Below are positions 14,001-26,927 of a stretch of DNA of 64,000 bases, one piece after another (within the stretch, counting starts at the first letter, position 1; each line of letters starts with the position of its first letter). The DNA is taken from assembly GCF_018350175.1 (NCBI RefSeq), contig NC_058368.1:214398001-214462000 (forward strand). The letters are read 5' to 3'. The notes beneath the pieces are model-generated. The model saw only the letters and a list, made by a program, of their open reading frames with translations. It had not been told where the DNA came from and did not search any database. The stretch is from Felis catus. Taxonomy: Eukaryota. The translations under genes and the position numbers were made by a program.

Positions 14001-14129
14001 TAACTACCTCTGTAAATGACAACAACATTATTGGATATTACATAATATCATTAGATAGGCAATGACAAAATGTTTGAATTCTGTATGGAGGTTTAGAACA
14101 ATAGCAAAAGTAGAATGCTGATCACCAGC

Positions 14130-14400
14130 TTCTTTAAAGAGCTGTCGCTTCTCTCTGTGGCAGTTCTCTTGGCTTAATCTCCATGGTGAGTCAAATCTGT
14201 ATTATGAGCAGCTTCTGCAAGAATTCTAATGGCCAAGCTGCCGAAGTTAACCCTAAAGATGAACTTGGTGTATTAAATTCTGTACCACGGCGAGCGCATT
14301 ATAGTGAAGCCGCAACATGAGTCCTTTTTATAGCTGGAGTAGCAAATTAAAGGAGATTTCATTTGGTTTTGAGCCATTCTCCAATTTAATTGTTCACATT
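14130..14400. promoter_or_regulatory. Candidate conserved non-coding element
   Basis: Six CpGs in 14140-14320 outside repeats; AP-1 motif TGAGTCA at 14187. Confidence 0.3.
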
Positions 14401-14924
14401 TATATAATAGGTGGTAGCCTAACCTGTTGGAAAGGATAGCCAAAAGCAATTGAGTTCTATTTGTTCCTTAACAGGCTGTGCGATTTTAGGTAAATCCCTT
14501 TATCATTTTCTGATTTTTGTTTTCTTTTCAGTGAAAGAAGAATGATGTCGCTTTTATTTTCTCACCTATCTCCTAGGAATAGTCTATGATAAAAACTCAA
14601 AACAGCTTTTGCTTATGAGAGGAGGCAGAGCTGTGTGCTCCCTTTTCTTTTCTTCTCTTTTCAGCTTAAGTTAGACGACTTGTAATATTATCCAGTATTC
14701 TTGCCTAAGTGACATTTTGTGATTTTGATGGACAAGAAGCCCTTGTGCAGTTTGTCAAACATCCTATTACAAAAGCTTTTGATAAAAGCAATATTTTAAC
14801 ACTTTTCTGACTATAGAAAGCTGCTTCTTGAGATTGGACCTGCTTTGGTGTAATGGGCATAGAGGTTAACTTCTTTGTTTTTTACAGAAATGTTTATTCA
14901 GTACTAAAATTAATGATAGGAAGT

Positions 14925-15085
14925 AATATGGGTGAACGTTGAAGTAGAATTTTAAAACCCTGGTTTTTACTTCCTGCTTTACCATTTACAGGCCTCTGTC
15001 CTGGAATACATTATTTAAAGTAGCAGAGACTTGTTTTCCTCATCTATTAAATGAAGCAACTAATATCTCACCTGCCTTTGAAACC
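14925..15085 (+). mobile_element. MIR SINE
   Basis: CCTGCTTTACCATTTACAGGC...TTTTCCTCATCTATTAAATGAAG. Confidence 0.6.
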
Positions 15086-16089
15086 CATAAATACCATTTG
15101 TTTTATTGATTTTTAGCAGGAATTGTTGGTGATATTTAGAAAGGAAACTAGTTACTAGTTAAAGGGGGTGATGGTAACCTGTTCTGGTTTTGCATGAGCA
15201 ATGATTCCTTTAGTCCTTTTAATTTCAACGATCTTTCCTTAGGGAATCCAGAAATATTAAAGGGAACCTATTTGTACCGTAACAAAAATATCCAAATATT
15301 TTCTCTGGGTTTCTGAAAGTTTTAGTTAAGTTTGGACTCCTTTGTAGATTTTCTTCAAAGTCTTTCGAAATCATGTAGAGAATGCTAATGGTGTTTACTG
15401 TGAGCCAAGGTCAAAATAGCACCAGGCTCCTACTCACCTCCTCCTTTCCCTCTACACAGGTCTAAACTGGATTTGCCATCTTTCCTCCAAAAATACTTCC
15501 TTATTCTGAACTTCCTGTTTCATACGCATTACAGGATGGAAACTAGAGTCATCGTGAAACCGTTGCTGCTACCCTTATTCTCTCTTCCTCTTTGTTTTGC
15601 CCGTTATAATCTGTAAATCATTAAGAACCATTGATTCCTTCTTTCTCTTATTTCTTATATATGTTTTTTGAATATATTTTTTTTCAAAAATTTGAATGAA
15701 TATGAGGAGGAATGTGTCATGGGTAAGATGCTATGGAGCAGGAGAATTAAGGCCACTGAAATGACCATCGATAATATAGCCTCGAGTCAGTGCTAACCAT
15801 AACAAAAAAATTATTTTCTTTTTAAAAACAGATTCAAAGAACATAATTGGAAAGAGTAACATGATGCTTAAGTACTCATTAATTGACATAGATATTAAAG
15901 CAAATCAAGAATGCTAGTGTAAGCATTCACTAGTGTAAGACAAGCAATATGTAATATGACATGTTATTTAATAACAAACTTAACGAGTACAATAAAATAT
16001 GTTGACTTTTTTTGTTGTCTTATGTGTGCACAATGTGTTGTATGTCTACTTGTGTGTAGCAGGTACTGCTGTAAGACATACTATTATCA

Positions 16090-16330
16090 TGGTATAAGAA
16101 AAAGAGCCAACATATATTAAACTTTCTTCTAAGTGATTTCCTAGATAGACTCTTATTTAAATGTCATAGCACTTTCATGCAAGAATTATTATTATGCCCA
16201 TTTTACAGATAACCATGAAGAGGCAAAGAACAATTATTTGCCCAGAGTTACAAATATCTAGTAAGTTGCAAAGCTAAGATTCTAATCCAGGATGTCCCAG
16301 TTTAGAGCCTCAACACATGCTCCTATCCTA
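16090..16330 (-). mobile_element. MIR SINE
   Basis: ATTATGCCCATTTTACAGAT...TTGCCCAGAGTTACA...GATTCTAATCCAGG. Confidence 0.8.
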
Positions 16331-16771
16331 CCTCATGAAAATTTCATCATGATCCTTTATAAGTAGTCATACTATGAACCCAGTCAGGAAGAGTCATCAA
16401 TAATAAGGTCTAGAATATAACTGTATTACCAGGGAAATAATAAGACTTGGTTAATACATTTTGCCTGTTTATTGACATTTTCAAAATTCAATTCAAATTG
16501 TATGTGATTGGCTGATTAGCAGTTACTGCATGGGAGATAGATGACTGACAGGAGGAGGATCAAGCAGAGCTATGTATGTGGAAGAATCCAGGGAGTTGGG
16601 GAGGGGTAGAAATGGGTTCTGTCACAGAGCCTGCCTTGAAGGTGATTCCTCAGTAGGCTTCAAGAGATCTATGCTTGACCCTGGGGGAGAAATTTAAAGA
16701 ATGGTTTCCTACCCCACTGGAAAACCTGTGACATATTATGGTTGTTGTATAAGATAAGTATATATACAGGG

Positions 16772-17006
16772 CATTGGTTTTCAACTGGAGGCAATTTCAC
16801 CCAACCCCTGGGTGGCAGCTGGCAATGCCTGGTGACATTGTTGATTATGGTGACTGGTTGGGGGAGTTACTATTGGTGTCTAGAGGGTAGAGTCTAGGGA
16901 TGCTGCTAAACATCTGACAATGCACAAGACAAGTTCCCCTAACCCCCTAACCAACAAAGAATGATCTATTTCAAAATGTCAATAGGGCGACTATCAAGAA
17001 ACCCTG
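16772..17006 (+). mobile_element. MER20 hAT-Charlie non-autonomous DNA transposon
   Basis: CATTGGTTTTCAAC...TGGCAATGCCTGGTGACATT...GGGATGCTGCTAAACATC...AAAATGTCAATAG...AAGAAACCCTG; both TIRs present. Confidence 0.92.
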
Positions 17007-17300
17007 CTGTAGAGGAAGAGGTTCTCCTTGTCACCATACAGACTGTAGCAAGTGTTATTTAACGCAGCATACATTCTTAACTAGTAACAAGAAACACTGT
17101 AAAGCATAAGGCCCTAGCAGCAATGGCCGTGATAAATTTCCTGATGCATCTTTATCTTCATATAGGAAAGTCTAGAAGAAATCTGGGACATTACTTATAT
17201 GCAGGTATCTGTGGAGCATTTGCCAAAAAAAGTAGTAAGAAAATAAGTAGAAGGAAAACCAGAGATTCTTCTTTCCACCCTCCCCTCCCCTTATCTAAAC

Positions 17301-17441
17301 CCTTCCTTCCTTCCTTCCTTCCTTCCTTCCTTCCTTCCTTCCTTCCTTCCTTCCTTCCTCCCTCCCTCCCTCCCTCCCTCCCTCCCTCCCTCCTTCCCTC
17401 CCTCCCTCCCTCCCTCCTTCCCTCCTTCCCTCCCTCCCTCC
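17301..17441. repeat. Compound (CCTT)14/(CCCT)n polypyrimidine microsatellite
   Basis: Read directly; ~140 bp containing only C and T. Confidence 0.97.
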
Positions 17442-18869
17442 TATCTTTGTCCTTTCAACCAAAATGATTGTACATCTCTTATGTGTTAGGCAATCTGTAT
17501 AGATACAAAGATGAACAAGGCAGAACATCAAAATTGATTAAAAACATTTTAGGAGGTCTATGATATCTATTCATTTATTTAGAACATTATAATGTTGAAA
17601 TCAAATGCATAAATAACATACACATGTGGGCCAGCCAAATATGCTCAAGGAAAGATGGCAACACTTTTTACCTCTTATCTCCACATTCAATATGTGTGAG
17701 CTATCAGAAATTTGTGCAATTTAATCACACAGGGAACCAAATAAGACACTATAGATATTTCTGTGCAAACCTATCATCTTTAATAGGAAAAAAAACCCTA
17801 ATAGCCCACATCCTACTGACTAATCACTCAGATTATAGTCAGACTGAAGACTAATTTTCATTAGGAAACAATTCTAATAGGAATGCAGGTATTAACAGTT
17901 GTTTCTCTACTTTTGAAATAAAACTGGGAGATTTGGGGGAGGGGCTCTGAGTTCGATAGTTGTATTTTTCACAAAATTTTCCTAATCAGTAAGAAGTGGC
18001 CTTATATCTCTTTATTGTGTTTATCAATAAATTTTTAGTAATTATCCTCCCAGAATATTCTGCTAGAACCAAAAGGAATGGTCAAAGCTCCAGAGGAATC
18101 AGGAAGAAAAAAGAATAAAGGCAAATATTTCAGCAAGGAAAATCCAAAGCAAACACTGAAACAAATGAGGTTACAGACAATGGCATGAATGTTAATGAAC
18201 ATAAAGCCATATAGTGGAAATCTGCTAAGTGCATAGTTGAGGGAATTGAGAGGACATTTCCCTAACAGTTTGTTCCTGTTGCTTATAATTTTAAAAAAGG
18301 TATTGCAGGATGGCCCAATTCAGTCCCAACATCGTATAATGCAGATGCGTTACAATTCCCTGCTGAAGTTCTGTGGAAGAGTTGAGTCTAATTTAGCACA
18401 GTTGTTTCACACGATATCATCAAGATCAGTAAATGAATACCCAAAGCATGTGTGAAAGGCTGAGAAGTGATTGCAGTTTTGCAACCAAGAACTAACTATT
18501 CTTTGGAGGTTCATAAATTTGTGAGAGGGGAAAAGAAATTATATACAACAACAACAACAACAACTCACACAACAGTTTGTTAACTTTAGACATTTACTTC
18601 AAATTCAATATGCATTTTCTTTACTTATTTATTTATGGTGACGAAACTGGAAAGCTTTATAATTTTTAACGAAGGGAATGGTCACCTCAGAAGTCCTGGT
18701 TATGTTATCCTGAGAAGGAAGGCATGCTGGTACTCATAAGACATAGCTGGTGTAACAAACCATGGGGGTAGGCTTATGTCAGACATTCAGTCCCCAAACT
18801 AGGCAGGCACTTACATCTCAATTCTTTTAACCACAGAAGAGATGTTCATGGAAGACCTTTCTCAACACT

Positions 18870-19160
18870 CTATTGTTTCTGTACTTATTCATTTATCTTT
18901 TCAACAAAGACTCATGGAATGTCTATTATGAACATTATGTGTCTGCTACTTGAAATTCATAGTCAAATTGAGAAGATAAACATGAAACTAATGAACAATC
19001 ATAGGTACAACTTGATAAGAACTAGAAGAAATTTGCAGAGCATAAAGCACCTACGAGAGAATGAAGTCCGTCTAGAAGAATGGGGAAAATTTAAGGAAGT
19101 ATTCACACAAAAGGGAGGGATAAGAAGATGTATAAAAGGTCAGCAATATTTCCCTAGATG
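18870..19160 (-). mobile_element. L2 LINE 3' end
   Basis: TTATTCATTTATCTTTTCAACAAAGACTCATGGAATGTCTATTATG resembles the reverse L2 tail. Confidence 0.6.
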
Positions 19161-19949
19161 CAAGTTATGTATGTATCACTGAATGCTACGCTGCTATTTT
19201 TATAAGACCACCTAATTTATCCACATGTCAGATGCCAGCTAACTTAAAAAAGATAAGCTATAAACATCCATGAACATTCTTGTCAGTTACCCTAGAATCC
19301 ATCTCCACTTGTGAATTTTATTGTTGTCAGGATACAATATCCTCACCAACTTACTCTGGATTTCGTGTTGGACTTGGTGTTGCCTGTGTGGACTCTGAGG
19401 TCCTTTTTTGAATCTTTAAACACCAACCCCCTGCCACTATTTATTTGCCTGGCATAAAGGTCAGGCCACTCCTAGTCCTCTTGAGAAGAGAGTGATTCAC
19501 CAGAGTGTCTAGGCCCGGAGAAGTGATGCATTGTTGATGTTTCCAGGGATGCAATTTTTATCATTATTATTTTTTGGTATGGAGCACAAAACATGTGTGG
19601 GTCCGACGAAACTGGAAATACAAAATTAGTTCTTCTCTGCCATCTACAGATTAATTTTTTTTAATGTGGATGGAAGGGATCTACTGAACAACATTAAGTG
19701 AGGGAGAAAACGGTTTACATTTGTATGTTAGAAAATGACACAATGGACAAATAGTATAGAAGAAGGGTTGCTGATATAAAGCAGTCAAAGTGGCACTGGA
19801 GAAGAATGGATAGGTTTCAAGAGTTATTAAAAAGCAGTATTTCAGGACTTGATTTCTTTTCTGTTCCATTCATTGACCACTTTTCTTATTCCCATGATAG
19901 CGAAGAGCCAAGGATGATTGTTAGATTTTTAGCTTGAGGTAAAAAAAAA

Positions 19950-20110
19950 TAGCTAATGATTATTGATATTGGGGCATACATGATACTAAGTGTTTTACTT
20001 GCACCACCTAATTGAATCATCTAACAATTTTATGAGTAGTTCTTATTAACGTTGTTTTGTAGATGAGGAAACAAAGAGGTCCAGGGAAGTCATCTTGGGA
20101 AGCAACAAAT
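19950..20110 (-). mobile_element. MIR SINE
   Basis: TTTTGTAGATGAGGAAACAAAGAGGTCCAGGGAAGT core. Confidence 0.7.
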
Positions 20111-20119
20111 TTTCTGAGG

Positions 20120-20900
20120 TGCATACGGGAAGAGGGATAAGTGAATGCCACAGAAATGGAAGGGGAAGAGTTAGGGAGAGAATCTCTGGGAAGAAAAAGA
20201 GGAGCAAGGACCTCTTTTTCTGAGGTAAACAACAGCATTTGTGGGGTGGGCATGAAGAGGGGCTAGCAGGGGACTTATAAGAAGTGCTCAGAAATCCAGA
20301 AGGAGAATGGGAAGAAAACAGGAAAGAGTGTTTTGAAAAAAAAGAAAAGAGAAGAATGGCTTGCTAGGCAGTGCCCCAGACTGTGAGAGGTCAGGTTATT
20401 TGAGGATGAAAGGAGCCTTGAATTTGGCCTTTAGAAGCTTGTTCTATGCACTGTTAGCAGGGTGGTGGGTTAGCAGACTGAGGACAAAGGACGATGAGTG
20501 AATTGAGTGGAACTAGTCTGTAGCCGCCTGAAGGGAGGAGATACTGAGGAAATCAGTGATGAGGAGGAGATGCACAGGTCGATAACCAGAGGACAAAGAG
20601 ATTAGAGAAGTTTCAGTTTTTTCTTAAGATAGAAACAAGATTCATCATTTTGTTTATATAGAAAGGCTGAGGGGAAGGAGCCACTGAAGATGGTGGAGAA
20701 GGGCGTAATTGAGAGAATGTCTTAGAGGATGTTGGAGGAGTTGGGTTACAGGCATAAAGAAGGACAGAAGGAAGGACACCTCCTTCCCTGACCCTGGTTT
20801 CAGGGTTCAGACACAGGTTTGAAACACTGGGTAGTATAAGGGAGAGGAAATGTGAAGAGACATCTAAGGGGTTGGGGCAATTAGACAAAGAAAAGCTTTT
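20120..20900 (-). mobile_element. Old L2 LINE fragment(s)
   Basis: Long purine-rich tract with L2 antisense motifs (GAGAGGTCAGGTTATTTGAGGATGAAAGGAGCCTTGAATTTGGC); probably continuous with ~19690-19940. Confidence 0.55.
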
Positions 20901-21328
20901 CATGCTATTCCTAACGTAGAATTGGGGCAAGCTATAAAGTTTTATATATTTTTTTCATAAAGAAAAATAAATACACGTAGTACATCTGCAGTATGACTTT
21001 ATACTAAAATGAGCCTCACTATGGTGCCTCCTTCAAAATTAACAGATAGAGGCATAAAGTGTTACAGAAAGTACTTTCATTTAATTTACTGTATTTCATT
21101 TGCTTAACATGGCATTTGCAATTGATGTCCCTTTTGGTGTGATAACTATCTACAAATTGCCATGCTTTCTTCCTCAGAAATTCACTGTTTCTGAAAAGAA
21201 AAGAATTTGCAGATTAAATTAGACTTGTATTTTTAAAACTGTGTATTTGTGAACATAAAACATATCAATCTATTTATTTCGTCACTACATTTATCTAATT
21301 ATATGTTAATGATAAAGTAAATTAAATA

Positions 21329-21660
21329 CAGCTCACCCTGGAGAAATACAGACTTGAACTGCATGGTCCACTTATATGTGGATTTTTTCTTTCATAAATA
21401 CAGTAGAGTACTGTAAATACATTTTCTTTCTTATGATTTTCTTAACCACATTTTCTTTTCTCTAGCTTACTTTATTATAAGAATACAACTTAGGGGTGTC
21501 TGGGTGGCTCAGTTGCTTAAGCGTCTGACTTCGGCTCAGGTCATGATCTCAGAGTCTGTGAGTTTGAGCCCTGTGTCAGGCTCTGTGCTGACAGCGAGGA
21601 GCCTGGAAACTGCTTTGGATTCTGTGTCTCCCGCTCTGTCTCTGCCCCTCCCCCACTCAT

Positions 21661-21695
<35 letters not shown>

Positions 21696-21903
21696 AATAA
21701 ATAAACATTAAAAAAAATGAAAAAAAAGAATACAATATATAATACATATGATATATGTTTTAATTGACTGTGAGGTTATCGGTGATGGCTTCTGGTCAAC
21801 AGCAGGCTATTAGTAAAATTTTGGGGAAGTCAAAAGTTATACACAGATTTCTGACTGTATGGGCAACAGCACCCCTATCCCCTGCATTGTTCAAGGATCC
21901 ATA
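21329..21903 (+). mobile_element. Tigger2a-type TcMar-Tigger MITE split by a Can-SINE
   Basis: TA|CAGCTCACCCTGGA...TTGAACTGCATGGTCCACTTATATGTGGATTTT; TCTCTAGCTTACTTTATT; GGTCAACAGCAGGCTATTAGTA; ends CCCCTGCATTGTTCAAGG. Confidence 0.88.
21493..21725 (+). mobile_element. Can-SINE inserted in Tigger2a
   Basis: GGGGTGTCTGGGTGGCTCAG head, (CT)n, A-tail; TSD AAGAATACAA on both sides. Confidence 0.96.
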
Positions 21904-23683
21904 TAGTTTTAAACAACAGCAACAAAAATAAAGCAAATGAAAGCAACAGGAATAAAGGATAAAATAGCATAAAATTCAATAGAAAGTGATAGATTTTAGA
22001 TTATGGTATGGGATAATGGTTTCATTTCAACTTCCCCTCTGCCTCCTGTCCCCCGCCGCCCCCAGGAAAAGAGGCTTTTCTTAAAACAAGGCTTCTTAAT
22101 AAAATGTCTCAATGACGTTTGGGAAGAACTTTAATTCCAAAATATGTAATTGCAACATAGAGGATGAGAAAAAAAAAATGGTTTTTTGCACTAAAAAATG
22201 TTACTTTTAGAATTGAATGAGATTCTAGAAAAATAAAGGTATTTTTACACAGAACATGCCAGTAGGAGTTGCCTACATATATGCTAATTAAAATTTAGTT
22301 ATTCATTATTATCCAGTCATTTTCTGGCCAGAATGCCAAGCCAAGATATACTTAAATAAAAAGTAATGTCTCTATTATTTAGCTCCATGAACATGTATTT
22401 TGGTAAGGAGCTGAATATTTCCTTTTGGCAATAATTTATTCTAGGAAAAGAAGTAATGTTTAAATATGATTCTGATCTTACCTGCTTTCAGTTTGGTAAA
22501 AAAAACCCAGTATCTGAGGTTCTGTTTTCTGGATGTTTCTAAGACACCTGACATTGGGAGTAGGTAGGACCTCCTCAAAAGGATCTCAAGATCTTAAGAC
22601 CCAGATCAGGTCTTAAGAGAACGAGGGTGACCATACATGATTTTGCTCAACATTATGTTCTAGACACTAATGTTCACTATTTAGACTCTCTTGCTCTGGG
22701 ATGGCCATTGTCTCCATTACTTAAATGTAAATCTTTTAGGGGCGACATATTAGGTGACTTTCCTTTTAGAAATCAATTTATCAGAAATAAATCCTAACTG
22801 ATGGGCCAGGGAACAAGATGCTAGTTAGGGGTGAGAAAGTGTCTTCTAAAACGTGGGCAAAATCCCCAGTAAATGGAGCTAAGGGATTATCACAAAAACT
22901 TTTGCTTGCTGCTTCATTTTGCATGTGACCAAAAGCACCCTCATCTTCAGAAACCATTCGACACTGGGCTTTTTCATATGGGAGTGCTATAAATGGATCT
23001 TCCAAGAGACACATCAAAGGGTTTTCATTTCTGTTAGAGTCTGTTTTTTTCAGCTAAGTTCATTCAAATGGAATTTCTTGGCCTGCTCATGTAAGTAACA
23101 TGTCTGGATTGCCTAAAAATGTAATTTATTTCTCCTTCCTCAGATTTATGGAAAGTTTATGAAGGCCAAATTCTTCCCTTGCATTGTGAAAGAGCACAAT
23201 TTGGTCTTATGAATGTGACTCTTAAATATACCAAATATAGCATGGGTTTGCAGAAAGTATTTAGTTTAGTTGGTCCCTAAATCTCTGACTAAAGAAACTG
23301 GGTTGGTAATCATGACATTTCCACTACAATATTTCTTGTATGCAATCATCTCAAAATGTAAGGAAGGCCTTTTTTATAACATTCTATGAAACAGTTGTCC
23401 AAATCTTTTGGAATATTGCTTAAATTTATTTGGAGAAAATAGTGGTAGTTGAAAGCCATTTGTAACCAGTTGCATATCATAAACAGAACTTATTCTGTAT
23501 ATAAAGCATTATTGTTTCCCTATTAGGCAATTAGGAACTGTTTCAGAAGCTTATGAATTTTGGCTATTAATCATTTTTCTTCTAGTTCCTAGCAAAACTA
23601 ATACTAGATATCAACAATTAACTTTGAATTGTTGCATACCATACAGAAATGTATTTAATTATCCAACAGTCCTGTGCTGTTCT

Positions 23684-23795
23684 TAGAGATGAGAATTACC
23701 CAAATCAGAGATGGTGAGTGATTGGCTCAAGCCCTCACAGCCAGTATGTGACAGAATTAAGACCAGAGTTTCTGACTCCAAATACAGTACTCCTG
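23684..23795 (-). mobile_element. MIR fragment
   Basis: TAGAGATGAG...CAGAGATGGTGAGTGATTGGCTCAAG...TCTGACTCCAAA. Confidence 0.65.
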
Positions 23796-24489
23796 TCCGC
23801 AAAAGCAAACAGAGCAGCCTCTCCATGGTCTGCAGTTGACTGCAGCTGACATTTGACTTGGAGAACAGAAAAAACACATCAGGGTGATTCCTCAGAGCAG
23901 AAAAAGGTAAGGATTGTAGGCTCTCAAGGAATTGAAAATTTTGAGTCTGGTTAATGCAAAGGGAGTTCCATGAGTGACTTTCCTAGTTACAGTTCTTATT
24001 GACATTGTTGTCAATAAAGGAAGTCAGCATGATGAATGTAAGCCACACTCCGTAAGACAGAAGCAGGATGGAAATGCTTCTGAAATCTTTGTATCAAATG
24101 TGTTTAGCTGTACAAATATACAAAATCTCACTCTGAGATACTTGATTCTGAGACATATGTTGGAAGAGTATGGAGACCCAAACTTGCAAAGTTATCATTT
24201 AGAAAGAAAAACACCATCCTGTGCATATAAGGCTGTCATATATAGGGATAAGGATACAACATTTTTTAATGTAGGAATTCACCTTCCTCCACTTTTTGTT
24301 TGTTTTTGACAATTACTAAGGTTATAGAAAAACAGATCACATGGGCTAGGAACATTTTATATATCCTTTTACTAATTTATGTTGCTAACTGGTGGAAAGC
24401 CATGAAGGTAATTTAACGCATAGGATTTGATTGAATAGTTTGGCTTCTCAGAGAATTAAGACATCCACATTCCACAACTACATGATATA

Positions 24490-24930
24490 CAGTGTTTAAT
24501 GGCATAGAGTCCGGATTCAGACTGCAAGATGAACACTAGCTATGCCACTTATTAGCTGTGTGTCCTTGGTCATGACACTTAGCCACTCTGTGCCTCAGAT
24601 TTTCATCTTTTAAGTGTTTTTAAAGTTTTTATTTGCTTAATTTGAGAGAGAGAAAGAGAGCGAGCAAGCGAGCACGGGGGAGCAGCAGAGAGAGAGGGAG
24701 AGAGAGAATCTTAAATAAGCTCTGTGCTGACAGCGGGACTTGATCCCATGATACGTGAGATCGTGACCTGAGCTGAAATCTAGAGTTGGATGCTTGACTG
24801 AGCCATCCAGGTGCCTCAGATTTTCATCTTTTAATGGTACCCTGATAGTATCTATCTCACTGTGTTATTATTGAGATTAAAGTAATTTGTATCTATAAGT
24901 TATTTAAAGCATTGCCTAGCATATATGTTT
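24490..24930 (+). mobile_element. MIR SINE split by a Can-SINE
   Basis: TGCCACTTATTAGCTGTGTGTCCTTGG...CTCTGTGCCTCAGATTTTCATCT; resumes at 24835 through TGCCTAGCATAT. Confidence 0.85.
24614..24815 (-). mobile_element. Can-SINE inserted in MIR
   Basis: GAGATCGTGACCTGAGCTGAAATC...CTGAGCCATCCAGGTGCC; flanked by a 24-bp direct repeat. Confidence 0.93.
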
Positions 24931-26927
24931 TCAAAATAAAAAAAAATTACATTGTCCTTAAATATTAACTTTCTACTTACTGAAAATAAGAGTCATAGAA
25001 ATTTAGGAACCACATTGGTCTCTAAAGAAAGTGGGGGTATTCTATTCTCTAATGATACTATTCCTTCTTTACCTACCTGTTACCAAAAAAGCTTCAGGTG
25101 CCTCAATTTCATTGTAGTGAAATTTCAGCTTTAATGAGAAATAAAGTAATATGCTGGAACTGTTTGTAAGGAATTAACTTGTGAAAATAAAATATCCCAT
25201 TTAAAGTCTGCTTCTGTTGGTATAGTAGTAGGAAAAAGTCAACCAAAATTCTAAGTGTAACTTTTAATTAAGCAAGCATTATGGTATGCTTTGAATAGTC
25301 ATATATCTGTTTACCTGCTGATGGGGCTACTGTTTAGGTAAATGGCACTGATTGCTTAGATGAGAAGTTTCTCTGGAATGTTTTTTGTCACTGGGAAGAA
25401 GGATAAAGCTAGGATGTTTTCATTCCAATTTTGGGCCTCCTCTTTGTGACTCTCTGTCTTTATGAGGTAATTAAAGGAGAGCATTAAAGAGCATAAATGA
25501 AAAAGTTCAAACTCTAATTTTAATGACTGTCACTTTTCTTTCTGGATATCTTGCTTCTTTTTTGTTGACCAGATATGGAAGCTTGAACTTAGAAAAATAT
25601 ATATATACTGTAAAGATGCTACCATTAAAACAAATAGACATGTTATTCTTTTTCTGACTTAAAAAAAAGTCCTGACCTTTTGGTGTATTAATCACTGTTT
25701 AAAGAAATCAAGTTCTCATCAGAATTTTACTTTCCTTACATGGTACATATTTTTGTTGTAATAATTCATAATATAAATATGGTTAGTGTGTATGGGACAG
25801 TTATTTTAAATGATTTATCATAAAGTATTTATGTTTCAGACTATAGTGGAATCAGGGTCACATTGGTCCTATATTATAAAATTAGCAAGCTATTTCCCTC
25901 TGACATTCTATTTGACATATTCTTTTAATTTTTAAAGTATTTTGGAGTTGATTTATTTTATTATTGCCCTTTTACTTTTGTGTGTTTCTATCATTATGTT
26001 AATATCTGTGTTTGCATAAATAATATGCAAAATAAAAATGCCTTATATTTCCAGTTAAATAATCATAGAATTTTGCAAGTGCACAATGTGTTATGTAAAT
26101 GTGTTTCATTATTTTATTATTAATTGGTCAATAGAAAAACATATGAAATCTGTATGAACTGTGAATTTGGTTTCATTGGAAAGGAAGAAGGGTGCAATCT
26201 ACACATTATTGCATGGTCTACAGTCATCACTAACTGCTGTCTTTGAGAGAGCCCTTTGAAGGGTGATGACAGAAAAGGAGGGATAAGAACCAGTTAAGGG
26301 GAGCAGTCAAAACATGGGGCAGAAATAAGTAAACTATGTGTGAATAGTAAAGGAGAGAATTGATTAGAGAGTTTTTATAGAGTACCAACACTACTGACAA
26401 GTGCAGTGAAAAATTCAGTCAGAACAAATACCTGGTATCACCAGCTTGCCAAAATACTTTTCTTCTTTCATTTGATCATTGCTGTGTTGTACATTGTATA
26501 TAGTCATGCATTTACTATCTCATTACCTCAGTAACATGCTGAATCTCAGCCTTTGTTCAAGAAATGAAAGAGAGATTATTCAGCCCATTATGACACAAAT
26601 CAAAAAAATTTCATGGATAGGCAATGCTTAGTTGAGAAAGAAGTAATTTAATCCATTTAAGTATTTTCATAATTAAAATTATATTAATTGAGTCCTCTAA
26701 ATCAAATACCCCATATTTGATTTTTATATATGCACATAAATGCATATATGCATATACAATATATAAATGCATACATATGCATAAATTATAAATTTATATT
26801 AGTTATTACATTCATACATTCACAAATCTGGGTTATATAAAAATATAATGTGCTTATTTCTTTAAAATCCAACTCAACTCATGAGCTTTTATTTCTGCTT
26901 GGTTGTAACACCTTTATTCTAGCCATT

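Noticed and set aside
14290..14320. GAGCG...TAGTGAAGCC, reminiscent of the miR-30 loop
   Set aside because: No miR-30 mature sequence and no flanking stem.
16500..16735. Possible ancient LTR fragment ending GTGACA (also ~19200-19540 and ~28200-29100)
   Set aside because: Repeat-like composition, but I could not assign a family or boundaries.
17123..17531. ORFs with PSFL/EGGR repeats
   Set aside because: Translations of the CCTT/CCCT microsatellite.
22592..22618. 10-bp stem hairpin TCTTAAGACC-CAGATCA-GGTCTTAAGA
   Set aside because: Isolated, and close to chance expectation once variable loop lengths are allowed.
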